Source: an uncultured Actinomycetota bacterium
GTDB taxonomy: Bacteria > Actinomycetota > Actinomycetes > Sporichthyales > Sporichthyaceae
Length of the DNA: 64,000 bases
Assembly (NCBI GenBank): GCA_963703165.1
Contig: OY969798.1
Span: forward strand, 4,622,585 to 4,686,584
Direction of reading: 5' to 3'
Numbering within the stretch: the stretch's first letter is position 1; every line of letters begins with the position of its first letter. Positions 49,850 to 59,700 of the stretch are shown here, piece after piece. Both the position numbers and the translations under genes were made by a program. Under the pieces are notes generated by a model, which did no database searches, was not told the DNA's origin, and saw nothing but the letters and a program-made list of their open reading frames with translations.

Positions 49850-51366
49850 CAGGCACCTTGTACGGCGTAGGGCTGGGGCCGGGCGACCCCGAGCTGGTGA
49901 CGGTCAAGGCGGCCCGGTTGCTCGCGAGCGCGGAGGTCATCGCGTTCCACTCCGCCCGACACGGCAACAGCGTGGCGCGCGGGATCGCGGAGGAGTACCT
50001 CAACGGCAACCAGGTCGAGGAACCCCTTCGGTATCCGGTGACAGTCGAGACCACCGACCACCCCGGCGGGTACCGCGGCGCGCTCGAGGAGTTCTACGAC
50101 GACGCGGCCGCACGCCTCGCCGTCCATCTGGACGACGGCCGCGACGTGGTCGTGCTCTGCGAGGGCGACCCGCTCTTCTACGGCTCCTATATGCATCTGC
50201 ACAAGCGCCTGGCCGACCGGTACCCAGCGGTCGTCGTCCCCGGTGTGACCTCGGTGGCCGGCGCCGCGGCGGAACTGGGCCGCCCGCTGGTCGAGGGCGA
50301 GGAGGTGCTGACGATCCTGCCCGGAACCCTGCCGCCGACCGTGCTCGCCGAACGCCTGGCCGCAGCCGACTCGGTGGCCATCATGAAGCTGGGTCGCACC
50401 TTCACCGGGGTGCGCGACGCCCTCGCGGCATCCGGGCGCCTCGACGAGGCCTGGTACATCGAGCGAGCGACCACCGATCGGCAGCGCATCGCACCGTTGA
50501 GCGAGGTCGAGCCGGCGAGCGTGCCCTACTTCTCCCTTGCGCTGCTCCCGAGCAAGCTCTCGCCGGGACTGCGTGCGGCCGCCGCCCCCGATGCGGTCGA
50601 GCAGATCGCGACCGGGCGGGGCGAGGTCGTCGTGGTCGGCCTCGGGCCGGCCGGGCGGGACTGGCTGACCCCGCAGGCACAAGCCGCGCTGTCCGCGGCG
50701 GAGGATCTCGTCGGCTACGGCCCGTACCTGGACCGCGTTCCGCCCAACCCGCGCCAACGCCGCCACGCCTCGGACAACCAGGTGGAGGACGTCCGCGCCG
50801 AGTTCGCCCTCGATCTGGCCCGGCGTGGGCGCCGCGTCGCCGTTGTCTCCTCCGGGGACCCCGGCATTTTCGCGATGGCCGCCGCGGTGCTCGAGGCCGC
50901 CGAGGGCCAGGAGTACAAGGACGTCCCGATCCGGGTGCTGCCCGGACTGACCGCCGCGGCCGCCGTGGCCAGCCGGGTCGGCGCCCCGCTCGGCGGTGAC
51001 TTCTGCGTGCTCTCGCTGTCCGACCGACTCAAGCCGTGGGAGCTCATCGAGAAGCGCTTGTCCGGTGTGGCCGCCGCCGATCTGGTCATCGCCATCTACA
51101 ACCCCGCCTCGAAGTCCCGGACCTGGCAGTTGGCCCGGGCCCAGGAACTGCTGCTGGAGCACCGGGGACCGGACACCCCGGTCGTCATCGGGCGCGACGT
51201 CGGTGGCCCGGCCGAGCGGATCGTGGTGCGTACCCTCGCCGACCTCGACCCCACCGAGGTCGACATGCGGTGCCTGCTGATCGTCGGCTCCTCGACCACC
51301 CGGCTGCTCACCCGCGGCGACGGATCGGTCGCCGTTCTGACGCCCCGTCGCTGCACCCCCGCCTGA
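49846..51366 (+). CDS. cobIJ: fused precorrin-2 C20-methyltransferase / precorrin-3B C17-methyltransferase CobIJ
   Basis: Two tetrapyrrole methylase domains ([26 protein letters not shown]...; [24 protein letters not shown]...). Length is 506 aa. ATGA overlap with cobH. Confidence 0.85.
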   Translation: MTGTLYGVGLGPGDPELVTVKAARLLASAEVIAFHSARHGNSVARGIAEEYLNGNQVEEPLRYPVTVETTDHPGGYRGALEEFYDDAAARLAVHLDDGRDVVVLCEGDPLFYGSYMHLHKRLADRYPAVVVPGVTSVAGAAAELGRPLVEGEEVLTILPGTLPPTVLAERLAAADSVAIMKLGRTFTGVRDALAASGRLDEAWYIERATTDRQRIAPLSEVEPASVPYFSLALLPSKLSPGLRAAAAPDAVEQIATGRGEVVVVGLGPAGRDWLTPQAQAALSAAEDLVGYGPYLDRVPPNPRQRRHASDNQVEDVRAEFALDLARRGRRVAVVSSGDPGIFAMAAAVLEAAEGQEYKDVPIRVLPGLTAAAAVASRVGAPLGGDFCVLSLSDRLKPWELIEKRLSGVAAADLVIAIYNPASKSRTWQLARAQELLLEHRGPDTPVVIGRDVGGPAERIVVRTLADLDPTEVDMRCLLIVGSSTTRLLTRGDGSVAVLTPRRCTPA

Positions 51367-51616
51367 GGGATATTTGCGCCACCGCAAGCACCGAGGAGTC
51401 ACACCAGGTGACCGGTATCGTGCACATCGTGACCCCTGCGACGAGGCGGCTGAATGACGTGCAGTCACGCACGTCCAAATGGTGCGAATGGGCCGTTGAC
51501 GTGCGGAAACGTACCTGTGGCAATTGGCAGACAGGTTCGTTCGGCAGCGCGCGGGACGATCTTCGGTCACCCTGTTCGGTGGGGACGCACCTGGTAAGAG
51601 GGGAGCTAGCAGTCGC

Positions 51617-52618
51617 ATGAGCGCGCCGATTTTGGTCACCGGCGGTACGGGGATGCTCGGGCGTCTGCTGGTCCGCGAACTTCTGGAGCGAGGCCGCGAG
51701 GTTCGCGTGCTGAGCCGCAAGCCGCAGCCCGGTGTGCCCGCCGGAACGCCCGCCGCTCCCGGTGAGGCGCACTGGTTCGTCGGCGACCTGCACTCCGGTC
51801 TCGGCCTGCCCGCAGCGCTCGACGGCGTCACCTCGGTGGCGCATTGCGCGGTCGGCAGTCGCGGCGACGCCCAGATGGGCGCGCAACTGATGATCGCCGC
51901 GTCCCGCGCCGGCAACCCGCACATCGTGTTCCACTCCGCCACCGGCGCCGAGGCGATCCGCAGCAACTACTACCGGGACAAGCGCGCGATGGAGCGCCTG
52001 CTCGAGGACGGCTCGCTGCCGTGGACCGTCCTGCGCACCACCCACATGCACGAGGTGATCGAGGCAGGCCTGGCCCACGCCGCCCGGCTCCCGCTCATGC
52101 GCGTGGCCTCCGACGAGAAGTTCCAGCCGGTCGCCGGCGACGAGGTTGCCGTGCGCCTGGCCGACTGGTGCACCGGCATCATCCCCGGCCACCACGTGCC
52201 GTCGCTGGCCGGCCCGCAGGCGCTCACCGCGCTCGAGCTGGCCGAGATCTGGCTCAAGGAGAACCGCAAGACCCGCAAGCTCGTGGCGATGAAGCTGCCC
52301 GGCACCGAGCACGAGGGCTGGCGCATCGGCGCGCACCTGCTCGGCCCGGAGCGCATGGTCGGCGACCAGACCTTCGTCGAGTTCCTGGTCGCGAACCGTG
52401 AAGGTCAGCTGGCCGACGAGGAGTCGCGCAAGGTCTCCAAGGCCGCCGCGAAAGAGGCCGAGAAGGCCGCCGAGCGCGAGGCCAAGGAGGCAGTGAAGGC
52501 CGAGAAGGCCGCCCGCGAGGAGCAGAAGGCCGCCGAGAAGGCAGCCCGCGCGGCCGAGAAGGACAAGCGGTCGAGCACCGAGCGGTCCGGCAACGACCCG
52601 GCGCCGCACGCGGGTTGA
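51617..52618 (+). CDS. NmrA-like NAD(P)-binding protein with Lys/Glu/Ala-rich C-terminal tail
   Basis: ILVTGGTGMLGRLLVRELLERG Rossmann motif. C-terminal low-complexity KAAAKEAEKAAEREAKEAVKAEKAAREEQKAAEKAARAAEKDK. An AAGAGGGGAG ribosome-binding site precedes the ATG at 51617. Confidence 0.6.
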   Translation: MSAPILVTGGTGMLGRLLVRELLERGREVRVLSRKPQPGVPAGTPAAPGEAHWFVGDLHSGLGLPAALDGVTSVAHCAVGSRGDAQMGAQLMIAASRAGNPHIVFHSATGAEAIRSNYYRDKRAMERLLEDGSLPWTVLRTTHMHEVIEAGLAHAARLPLMRVASDEKFQPVAGDEVAVRLADWCTGIIPGHHVPSLAGPQALTALELAEIWLKENRKTRKLVAMKLPGTEHEGWRIGAHLLGPERMVGDQTFVEFLVANREGQLADEESRKVSKAAAKEAEKAAEREAKEAVKAEKAAREEQKAAEKAARAAEKDKRSSTERSGNDPAPHAG

Positions 52619-52620
52619 GC

Positions 52621-53352
52621 TCAGCTCTCCAGCCACTGCAGCGCGGTGGGCACGTCGGCGACGACAGTGACGTCCGCGTCGGGCAGCGGCGGTCTGTCGA
52701 CCATGACCACCGGAATGCCGCGCTCGCGGGCGACGGTCAGCTTGGCCGCGGTCAGGTCGCCACCGCTGTCCTTGGTCACCAGCACCCCGATGCCGTGTCG
52801 CTCGAGCAGCTCGCGTTCGGAGTCGAGGTCGTAGGGGCCGCGGGCGAGCAGGACCTCATGGTCGGCGGGCAGGGGCGGCTCGGGCGGGTCGACGGCGCGG
52901 ATCACGAAGCGGTGCGGCAGGTCGGCGAAGGTTGCCAGGCCCCCGCGGCCGGTGGTCAGCAGCACCGGGCCGGGGTGCTCCCGCAGCGCGGCGGCGGCGG
53001 CGGGCATGTCCGGGACACGGTGCCACCGGTCCTCGGGGCCCTCGCGCCAGCCGGGCCGGCGCAGTACCAGCAGGGGGATGCCGGTGAGTTCGCAGGCCGT
53101 GACCGCCGACGCGCTGATTCGGGCGGCGAAGGGATGGGTTGCGTCGACGACGGCGCGCACGCACTCCGTGCGAAGCCAGGCCGCCAGGCCCTCCGGTCCA
53201 CCGAACCCGCCGATGCGGACCTCGCCGAGGGGGAGTAACGGGTCGGAAACCCTACCGGCGAGGGAACTGACGACCCGTCCGGTGTTGCGATCGGCCAGCA
53301 CCCGGGCCAGCGCGCGAGCCTCGCCCGTACCGCCGAGGATCAGCACCGTCAC
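52621..53352 (-). CDS. cobK: precorrin-6A reductase CobK
   Basis: MTVLILGGTGEARALARVL... CobK/CbiJ family. Its stop lies 2 nt before the NmrA-like gene end (convergent). Its ATG overlaps the cobM stop. Confidence 0.8.
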   Translation of the reverse strand: MTVLILGGTGEARALARVLADRNTGRVVSSLAGRVSDPLLPLGEVRIGGFGGPEGLAAWLRTECVRAVVDATHPFAARISASAVTACELTGIPLLVLRRPGWREGPEDRWHRVPDMPAAAAALREHPGPVLLTTGRGGLATFADLPHRFVIRAVDPPEPPLPADHEVLLARGPYDLDSERELLERHGIGVLVTKDSGGDLTAAKLTVARERGIPVVMVDRPPLPDADVTVVADVPTALQWLES

Positions 53353-54095
53353 AGGGTGCGGTCCCGCTCCGCGCTGTACAGATGGCTGTCGCAGAACTGA
53401 CCGGCGCCCAGCACGGCACCCACGAGGATGACGGCGGTGCGTCGGACGTCGGCGGCGCGTACCCGCTCGGCGATGTCGGCCAGTGTCCCGCGCAGCACCA
53501 GTTCGTCCGGGCGGCTGGCCCGCGCGACCACAGCGACCGGTGTCGCGGGGGCGTAGTGGGGGAGCAGGTCCGCGACGACGGTCTCGATGTCCTGCACCGC
53601 CAGATGCAGCGCCAGGGTGACTCCGCTGCGGGCGAGGGTCGCGAGGTCCTCGCCCGGAGGCATCGGCGTGGAGCGCTTCGAGATGCGCGTGAGCAGCACC
53701 GACTGGCCGATGCCGGGCACGGTCAACTCACGGGCCAGGGTCGCGGCCGCGGCGGCGTAGGCCGGCACGCCCGGTGTCACGTCGTAGGGGACACCGGCGG
53801 CGTCGAGGCGGCGCATCTGCTCGGCCATCGCGGAGTACAGCGACGGATCTCCGGAGTGCAGCCGGGCGACGTCGTGGCCGGCGACGTGGGCCGCGACCAA
53901 CTCGGCGACGATCGCGTCCAGGTCCAGATGCGCCGTGTCGACGAGCCGGGCCCCCGGCGGGCACCAGGTGAGCATCTCCGCCGGGACCAAGGCCCCCGCG
54001 TAGAGGCACACCGGCGACGTCGCGATCAGGTCGCGGCCGCGCAGGGTGATCAGATCCGCGGCTCCAGGGCCGGCGCCGATGAAGTGGACCGTCAC
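53349..54095 (-). CDS. cobM: precorrin-4 C11-methyltransferase CobM
   Basis: The GTG at 54095 overlaps the cobL stop (GTGA). VTVHFIGAGPGAADLITLRGRDLI... tetrapyrrole methylase. Confidence 0.85.
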   Translation of the reverse strand: MTVHFIGAGPGAADLITLRGRDLIATSPVCLYAGALVPAEMLTWCPPGARLVDTAHLDLDAIVAELVAAHVAGHDVARLHSGDPSLYSAMAEQMRRLDAAGVPYDVTPGVPAYAAAAATLARELTVPGIGQSVLLTRISKRSTPMPPGEDLATLARSGVTLALHLAVQDIETVVADLLPHYAPATPVAVVARASRPDELVLRGTLADIAERVRAADVRRTAVILVGAVLGAGQFCDSHLYSAERDRTL

Positions 54096-55309
54096 TTGGT
54101 CACGGTCCACTGCGTGACCGGGTGCGCGGCCTGCCATCCGGAGAACCGGCCCAGGGCCACCGCGCGGGAGATCTCGAGGCGCACCAGATCGCCGCCGAGC
54201 CGTCCCGCGTGCTCCACGACCACGGCCTCGGTCTGCAACGTGACGGCGTTGACGACCATCCGCCCACCGGGGGCCAGCGCCGCCCAACACCGGTCGAGCA
54301 GGAGCGGGTCGCTCCCACCCCCACCGACGAACACCGCGTCCGGGGCGGGCAGGCCGGCCAGTGCCACAGGGGCCTCCCCGAGCACGACCTGCAGGTCGGG
54401 CACACCGAGGCGGGACGCGTTCCCGGTGATACGGGCCGCTCGCTCCGCGTGCCGCTCCACGGCGATCGCCTTCGCCCCGACCGCGGCGCGCATCCATTCG
54501 ATGCCGACGCTGCCCGCCCCGCCGCCGATGTCCCAGAGCAGCGCTCCGGGCAGCGGCACCAGGCGGGCCAGGGTCAACGTCCGGATCTCGCGCTTGGTGA
54601 GCTGACCGTCGTGCTCGAAGGCCTCGTCCGGAAGACCGGTCCGGCCCAGGACGGCGCTCGGGTCGTCGGCCAGGACCTCGACGGCCACCACGTTGAGCGG
54701 GTCGAAGCCGGCCTCGGGCGCCTTCAGATCACCCGCGGTGCCCGCGGTGATCCGCTCGCCCGGTCCGTCCAGTTGCTCCAGCACCCACAACCGGCTCGCA
54801 CCGTAGCCGGCGTCGGCGAGTACGGCGCGCACCGCGTCCGGGGTGGTTGCCCCAGAGCTCAGCACCAGCACCCGCGCGCCCGGCGACAGATCGGCTCGCA
54901 GCTTGTCCAGCGGACGCCCGACCGCCGAACGGACCGTCAGATCCTCTGTGGACCAGCGCAGGCGCGCGCAGGCCAGTGACACGGATCCGGGGTGCGGCAC
55001 CACCTCGACGGCGTCCGCACCGAGGAGCCGGACCAGTGTCGAGCCGATGCCGTAGAACATCGGGTCCCCGCTGGCCAGGACGCACACGCGTAGACCCGCC
55101 AGCGTCTCCAGGACCGCCGGCAGGTTCTCCGCGGGGCGCGACGGCAGCGGTACCCGCAGCCCCGGCAGTGGCGCAGGCAGGTACGCCAGTTGCCGCTCGC
55201 TGCCGATCACCGCGTCGGCCGAGGCCACGGCGGTGCGGGCCGGGCCGGTCAGCCCGTCCCACCCGTCGGCCCCGATACCGACGACGACGATCGCCGCGAC
55301 CTCGGTCAT
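54092..55309 (-). CDS. cobL: precorrin-6Y C5,15-methyltransferase (decarboxylating) CobL
   Basis: MTEVAAIVVVGIGADGWDGL... CbiE-like domain plus a CbiT-like domain (LWDIGGGAGSVGIE). Its ATG overlaps the upstream PPOX gene stop (ATGA). Confidence 0.85.
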   Translation of the reverse strand: MTEVAAIVVVGIGADGWDGLTGPARTAVASADAVIGSERQLAYLPAPLPGLRVPLPSRPAENLPAVLETLAGLRVCVLASGDPMFYGIGSTLVRLLGADAVEVVPHPGSVSLACARLRWSTEDLTVRSAVGRPLDKLRADLSPGARVLVLSSGATTPDAVRAVLADAGYGASRLWVLEQLDGPGERITAGTAGDLKAPEAGFDPLNVVAVEVLADDPSAVLGRTGLPDEAFEHDGQLTKREIRTLTLARLVPLPGALLWDIGGGAGSVGIEWMRAAVGAKAIAVERHAERAARITGNASRLGVPDLQVVLGEAPVALAGLPAPDAVFVGGGGSDPLLLDRCWAALAPGGRMVVNAVTLQTEAVVVEHAGRLGGDLVRLEISRAVALGRFSGWQAAHPVTQWTVTK

Positions 55310-55740
55310 GCGCGTCCGAGCATCCGCTCGAGCTTGAGAAGGATGACGATGCGCTCCGGGTTCGGCCCCGGGACGCGGTATCGGAGGCCGTAGCGGCGCT
55401 CGGCCTCCGCGACATCCCCGGGATCGGCGGAGATCGTCGCCCGACCCTCCGCCGTGGTCCACCGGCCGCCGTCGATCTGACACACCGCGACCGGCGCCCC
55501 GGCAGGGCCGGCCGCCATGATCTGACGGACCTTCAGCGACCCTCGACCGGCGATGATCCGCACCAGCCCCGCCTCCGGGTCGAGCGTCGCCCCGACGGCC
55601 ACGACGTGCGGGCGCCCGTCGGCGTGCAGGGTCGTCAACGAGCACAGGTGCCGTTCGGACCAGAACGCGATCAAGGCCGGATCGTCGAACGCGATGCCGG
55701 GGGAGCGCCGCCGTACCGGGCTGATCACGGGATCGCTCAC
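55306..55740 (-). CDS. PPOX-class (pyridoxamine-phosphate-oxidase-fold) putative F420-dependent enzyme
   Basis: Split-barrel PNPOx-fold signature (GIAFDDPALIAFWSERHLCSLTTLHADGRPHVVAVGATLDP...RIIAGRGSLKVRQI...). The GTG at 55740 overlaps the cobF stop (GTGA). An alternative ATG lies at 55782. Confidence 0.6.
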   Translation of the reverse strand: MSDPVISPVRRRSPGIAFDDPALIAFWSERHLCSLTTLHADGRPHVVAVGATLDPEAGLVRIIAGRGSLKVRQIMAAGPAGAPVAVCQIDGGRWTTAEGRATISADPGDVAEAERRYGLRYRVPGPNPERIVILLKLERMLGRA

Positions 55741-56498
55741 GTGGTGGTCCGTCGTCGCAGGAGGTAGCTGTCCATGATCCATCCCTTGCGGTCGCGGGCC
55801 GCGGCCCGGAGTTCGCCAATCTCCGTCTTGCATTCCTGCAGGTCCCCGGCGACGAGCAGCTCGTCCGGCATGCCGAGGTAGGCCCCCCAGTAGATGTCCA
55901 GGTCGGTGTCGAGCAGTTTCTCGAACGCCCCGGACCCGTCGAGCATCACGAGGATGTCGTCCAGTTCGGCGGGCATGCCGCCGAGCAGTCGCCGACCTGT
56001 GGTCACGTGCACAGGCTCGCCGAGGCCGGTGAAGGTCACCTGATGGGCCGCGGCGAGCACCTGCAGGCTGGTGATGCCCGGGACGACGTGCGTTGCGAAT
56101 TCCGTGACCCCACGCGCCCGCACCCGGTCCAGCACCCGCAGGGTGCTGTCGTAAAGCGCGGGGTCGCCCCAGACGAGGATGCCGCCGGACTCCTCAGGAC
56201 CGAGCGACGCCGCGATCGCCTCCTCGAAGGCGATGGCCCGCAGGTCGTACCAGTCGTTGACCGCGCCGGGGTAGTCGGCGGCAGCGCGGTCGCGCGACTG
56301 CTCGGGGATCGTTACCAACCGGTAGGGCCGGGTGATGTGCCGGCGACAGATCTCCTCGCGCACCGCGACGAGTTCCGCGGTAGGCGCTCCCTTGTCGACG
56401 ACGAACACCACGTCGAGGTCGCCCAGCACCCGGACCGCCTGCAGGGTCAGTTGCTCGGGGTCGCCGGAGCCGATGCCGATCACATGAACGTTACGCAC
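55737..56498 (-). CDS. cobF: precorrin-6A synthase (deacetylating) CobF
   Basis: VRNVHVIGIGSGDPEQLTLQAVRVL... tetrapyrrole methylase fold. The start is assigned to the GTG at 56498 by comparison with CobF N-termini. The longer upstream ORF extension is Arg-rich nonsense. Confidence 0.7.
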   Translation of the reverse strand: MRNVHVIGIGSGDPEQLTLQAVRVLGDLDVVFVVDKGAPTAELVAVREEICRRHITRPYRLVTIPEQSRDRAAADYPGAVNDWYDLRAIAFEEAIAASLGPEESGGILVWGDPALYDSTLRVLDRVRARGVTEFATHVVPGITSLQVLAAAHQVTFTGLGEPVHVTTGRRLLGGMPAELDDILVMLDGSGAFEKLLDTDLDIYWGAYLGMPDELLVAGDLQECKTEIGELRAAARDRKGWIMDSYLLRRRTTT

Positions 56499-56711
56499 CG
56501 GTACACCTTGCCGGCCACGCTCCGAGCAGGTACTCGGCGCATCTGTCGTGTCGCCGCCGTCACGCTCCAAAGAGCCATGTGTTGTCGCCGCCGTCACTGC
56601 GCCGACCCGGGCACGCCAATAGGGTCGAGGGAGGCATCGATCGCGCTTGGCACGCCCCGCCCGTGCTCAGCGGTCGCCGGTTTCGTCCCCGGCCGGAAGA
56701 AAGAGGCACAG

Positions 56712-59700
56712 GTGTTCGAGCGCATTGCCATCGTCAACCGCGGCGAGGCGGCCGTCCGTCTGATCCGCGCCGTGCGGGAGCTGAACGAGGAACGCGGGCT
56801 GAACATCCGCACCGTTGCGATGCACACCGAGGGTGAGCGTTCGGCAATGTTCGTGCGCCAGGCCGACGAGGCCGTCCTGCTGCAGCCCAGCAAGACGGCC
56901 TCGGTCCCTTATCTGGACTACGCCGAACTGGAGCGGGCGTTGGTCGCCTGCGGTGCCGACGCGGTCTGGGTCGGCTGGGGCTTCGTGTCCGAGCACCCCG
57001 CCTTCGTCGAGGTCTGCGACCGGCTGGGCATCAACTTCATCGGTCCCAAGGCCGACGCCATGCGTCTGCTCGGGGACAAGATCGAGGCCAAGCTCGTCGC
57101 CGAGCGCGTCGGGGTCCCGGTCGCCGCGTGGAGCGGCGCGGGCAGCGTCGAGTCATACGCCGACGCGCAACGGCACGCCTCGGCCATCGGCTACCCCCTG
57201 ATCATCAAGGCCAAGGCCGGCGGCGGCGGGCGCGGCATCCGCAAGGTGATGGAGCCCTCCGAACTGCAGGCCGCCTTCGAGGGCGTCAAGACCGACGCCG
57301 CCCGCTACTTCGGCGACGACGGCGTGTTCCTCGAGGCCCTGGTGACCGGCGGGCGCCACGTCGAGGTGCAGATCATCGCCGACAAGCACGGCAACGTCTG
57401 GGCACCCGGCGTGCGTGACTGCTCCATCCAACGACGCAACCAGAAGATCATCGAGGAGTCCGCCTCCCCGGTGCTCACCCCCGAGCAGTCACTCGAGTTG
57501 CGCCGGGTCTCGATCGAACTCATCAAGGAGGTCGGCTACCACGGTGCGGGCACCGTCGAGTACCTCTACGACCCGGTCCGTAAGACCTTCGCGTTCCTCG
57601 AGGTCAACACCCGGCTGCAGGTCGAACACCCGATCACCGAGGCGGCCACCGGCATCGACCTGGTGAAGCTGCAGATCCTTCTCGCCGCGGACGAGGCGCT
57701 GGCGGGGGAGTGCCCGCCGGAACTGCGCCACGCCATCGAGATCCGGCTCAACGCGGAGGACCCCGACAACGGCTTCTCGCCGGCGCCCGGCAAGGTCGTC
57801 TTCCTGGACTTCCCGCAGGGTCCCGGTATCCGCGTCGACTCCGGCATCGCGCAGGGCGACGTGATTCCGCAGGAGTTCGACTCGATGGTCGCCAAGATCA
57901 TCGCCATCGGGGTCGACCGGAACGAGGCGCTGGCCCGACTGCGCCGCGCGCTGCGCGACACCACAGTGGTCATCGAGGGCGGCACCACCAACAAGTCCTT
58001 CGTGCTCGACCTGCTCAGCCGCGCCGAGGTGCTCTCCGGCTCGGCGGACACCGCGTGGTTGGACCGCACGGGCCTGGACAGCAAGACCCTGCCCGCCCAC
58101 GCCGATGTCGCGCTCTACGCCGTGGCGATCGACGTCTACGCCCACGAGGAAGCGGTGGAACGCGAGGCGTTCCTCGCCTCGGCACGTGGCGGTCGCCCGC
58201 AGGCCAATCACGCCATCGGTCGCGACGTCGAGGTTCGGTACCGCGGTCAGAACTACAAACTGACGGTCAATCAGCTCGCGCCGAACCGGTACCGGATCAC
58301 TGTGGCGGGCACGAGCGTGGAGGCCCGGGTGGACCGGCAGGGCCGGTTCCTGTTCCGGCTCTCCGTCGCCGGCAAGGTCCACCGGATCGTGCTCGCACGT
58401 GGGGCGGCCGATCACCTCGTCGAGGTCGACGGCATCAGCCACCGCGTCGCCCGCGACGAGGGCGGCGTCATCCGTGCCTCGGCACCCGCGGTCATCGTCT
58501 CGCTGCCGGTCAAGGTCGGGGACACCGTCGAGGCCGGGGCCACCGTCGCCGTGCTCGAGGCGATGAAGATGGAGACCCCGATCCTCGCGCCGGTCTCCGG
58601 GCGGGTGCGCGACGTGTTCGCCGTCGCCAACTCGCAGGTCCCCGCGGGCACCCCGCTGCATGCGCATCGACCCGGACTCCACCGACACCGGCCCGTCGGA
58701 CGCCCCCGTGGTGGCCTTCGAGACGGACGGCGCCACCGAGGTCGACCCGCGTACCCATGCCACCGAACTGCTGGGTTCGCTGCGCGCCCTGGTCACCGGC
58801 TACGACATCACCGCCAAGGACGGCCGGGCGCTGGTCTCCGACTACTCCGCGGTGCGCAAGTCGCTACCTGCCGACGACGCGGAACTGCTCGCCGCCGAGC
58901 TGAGTCTGCTCACCGTGTTCGCCGACGTCGCCGAGATGTCGCGTAACAAGCCGGTGGCCGAGGAGGAGCACTCCGACACGCGTGTGCACAGCCCGCGCGA
59001 GCATCTGCACTCCTACCTGCAGTCCCTCGACCTGGAGCGCGAAGGCCTGCCGGACTCCTTCCGCACGCGCCTGACCCGGGTGTTGGCCCACTACGGGGTG
59101 TCCGACCTGGAGCCCACGGGGCGCCTCAAGGACGCTGTCTTCCGCGTGTTCCTGGCTCTGGAGCGCACCGAGTCGCAGGTACCGGTCGTCAACGCGATGC
59201 TCGAGCGCTGGATGGACGTCGCAGATGTCACCGCGGCGCACGACGCCCTCGCCGAGGTTCTCGAGCGGCTCGTGGTGGCCACTCAGATTCGCTACCCGGT
59301 GATCGCCGACGTGGCCCGGGCCGTGCGCTACCGCTACTTCGACAAGCCGCTGCACATGGCGGCCCGCCAGTCCGAGATCTCCCGCGTCCGGGAGCAGCTC
59401 GGGTACCTCGTGCAGAACCCGGCCGCGCCCGACCGGGCCGACCGCGTCGAAGCGATGGTCGTCTCCCCGGAGCCGGTCATCGGGCTGATGAGCGAGTGGA
59501 TCGGCACCGGTACGGCCGACCTCGGTCCGCTGCTGGAGGTCCTGACCCGCCGGTACTACCGCTCCCGCGAGCTGGAGAACGTGCGGTTGTTCGAGCACGG
59601 TCTGCGCCAGATGGTCACCGCCGACTTCGAGCTCAACGCGAATCGGCTCTATCTGATCAACACCGTCGGCGACTTCAGCGAACTTGCGGCGTTGGCCGCA

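Noticed and set aside
48745-51966. 1073-aa - strand ORF
   Set aside because: It is antisense to cobG/cobH/cobIJ and the NmrA-like gene, and it is low complexity. The + strand products have clear cobalamin-enzyme motifs.
56007-56711. N-terminal 235-codon extension of the carboxylase ORF
   Set aside because: This segment is antisense to cobF and translates to Arg-rich nonsense. A GTG with an AAGAGG ribosome-binding site at 56712 begins the conserved biotin carboxylase N-terminus.
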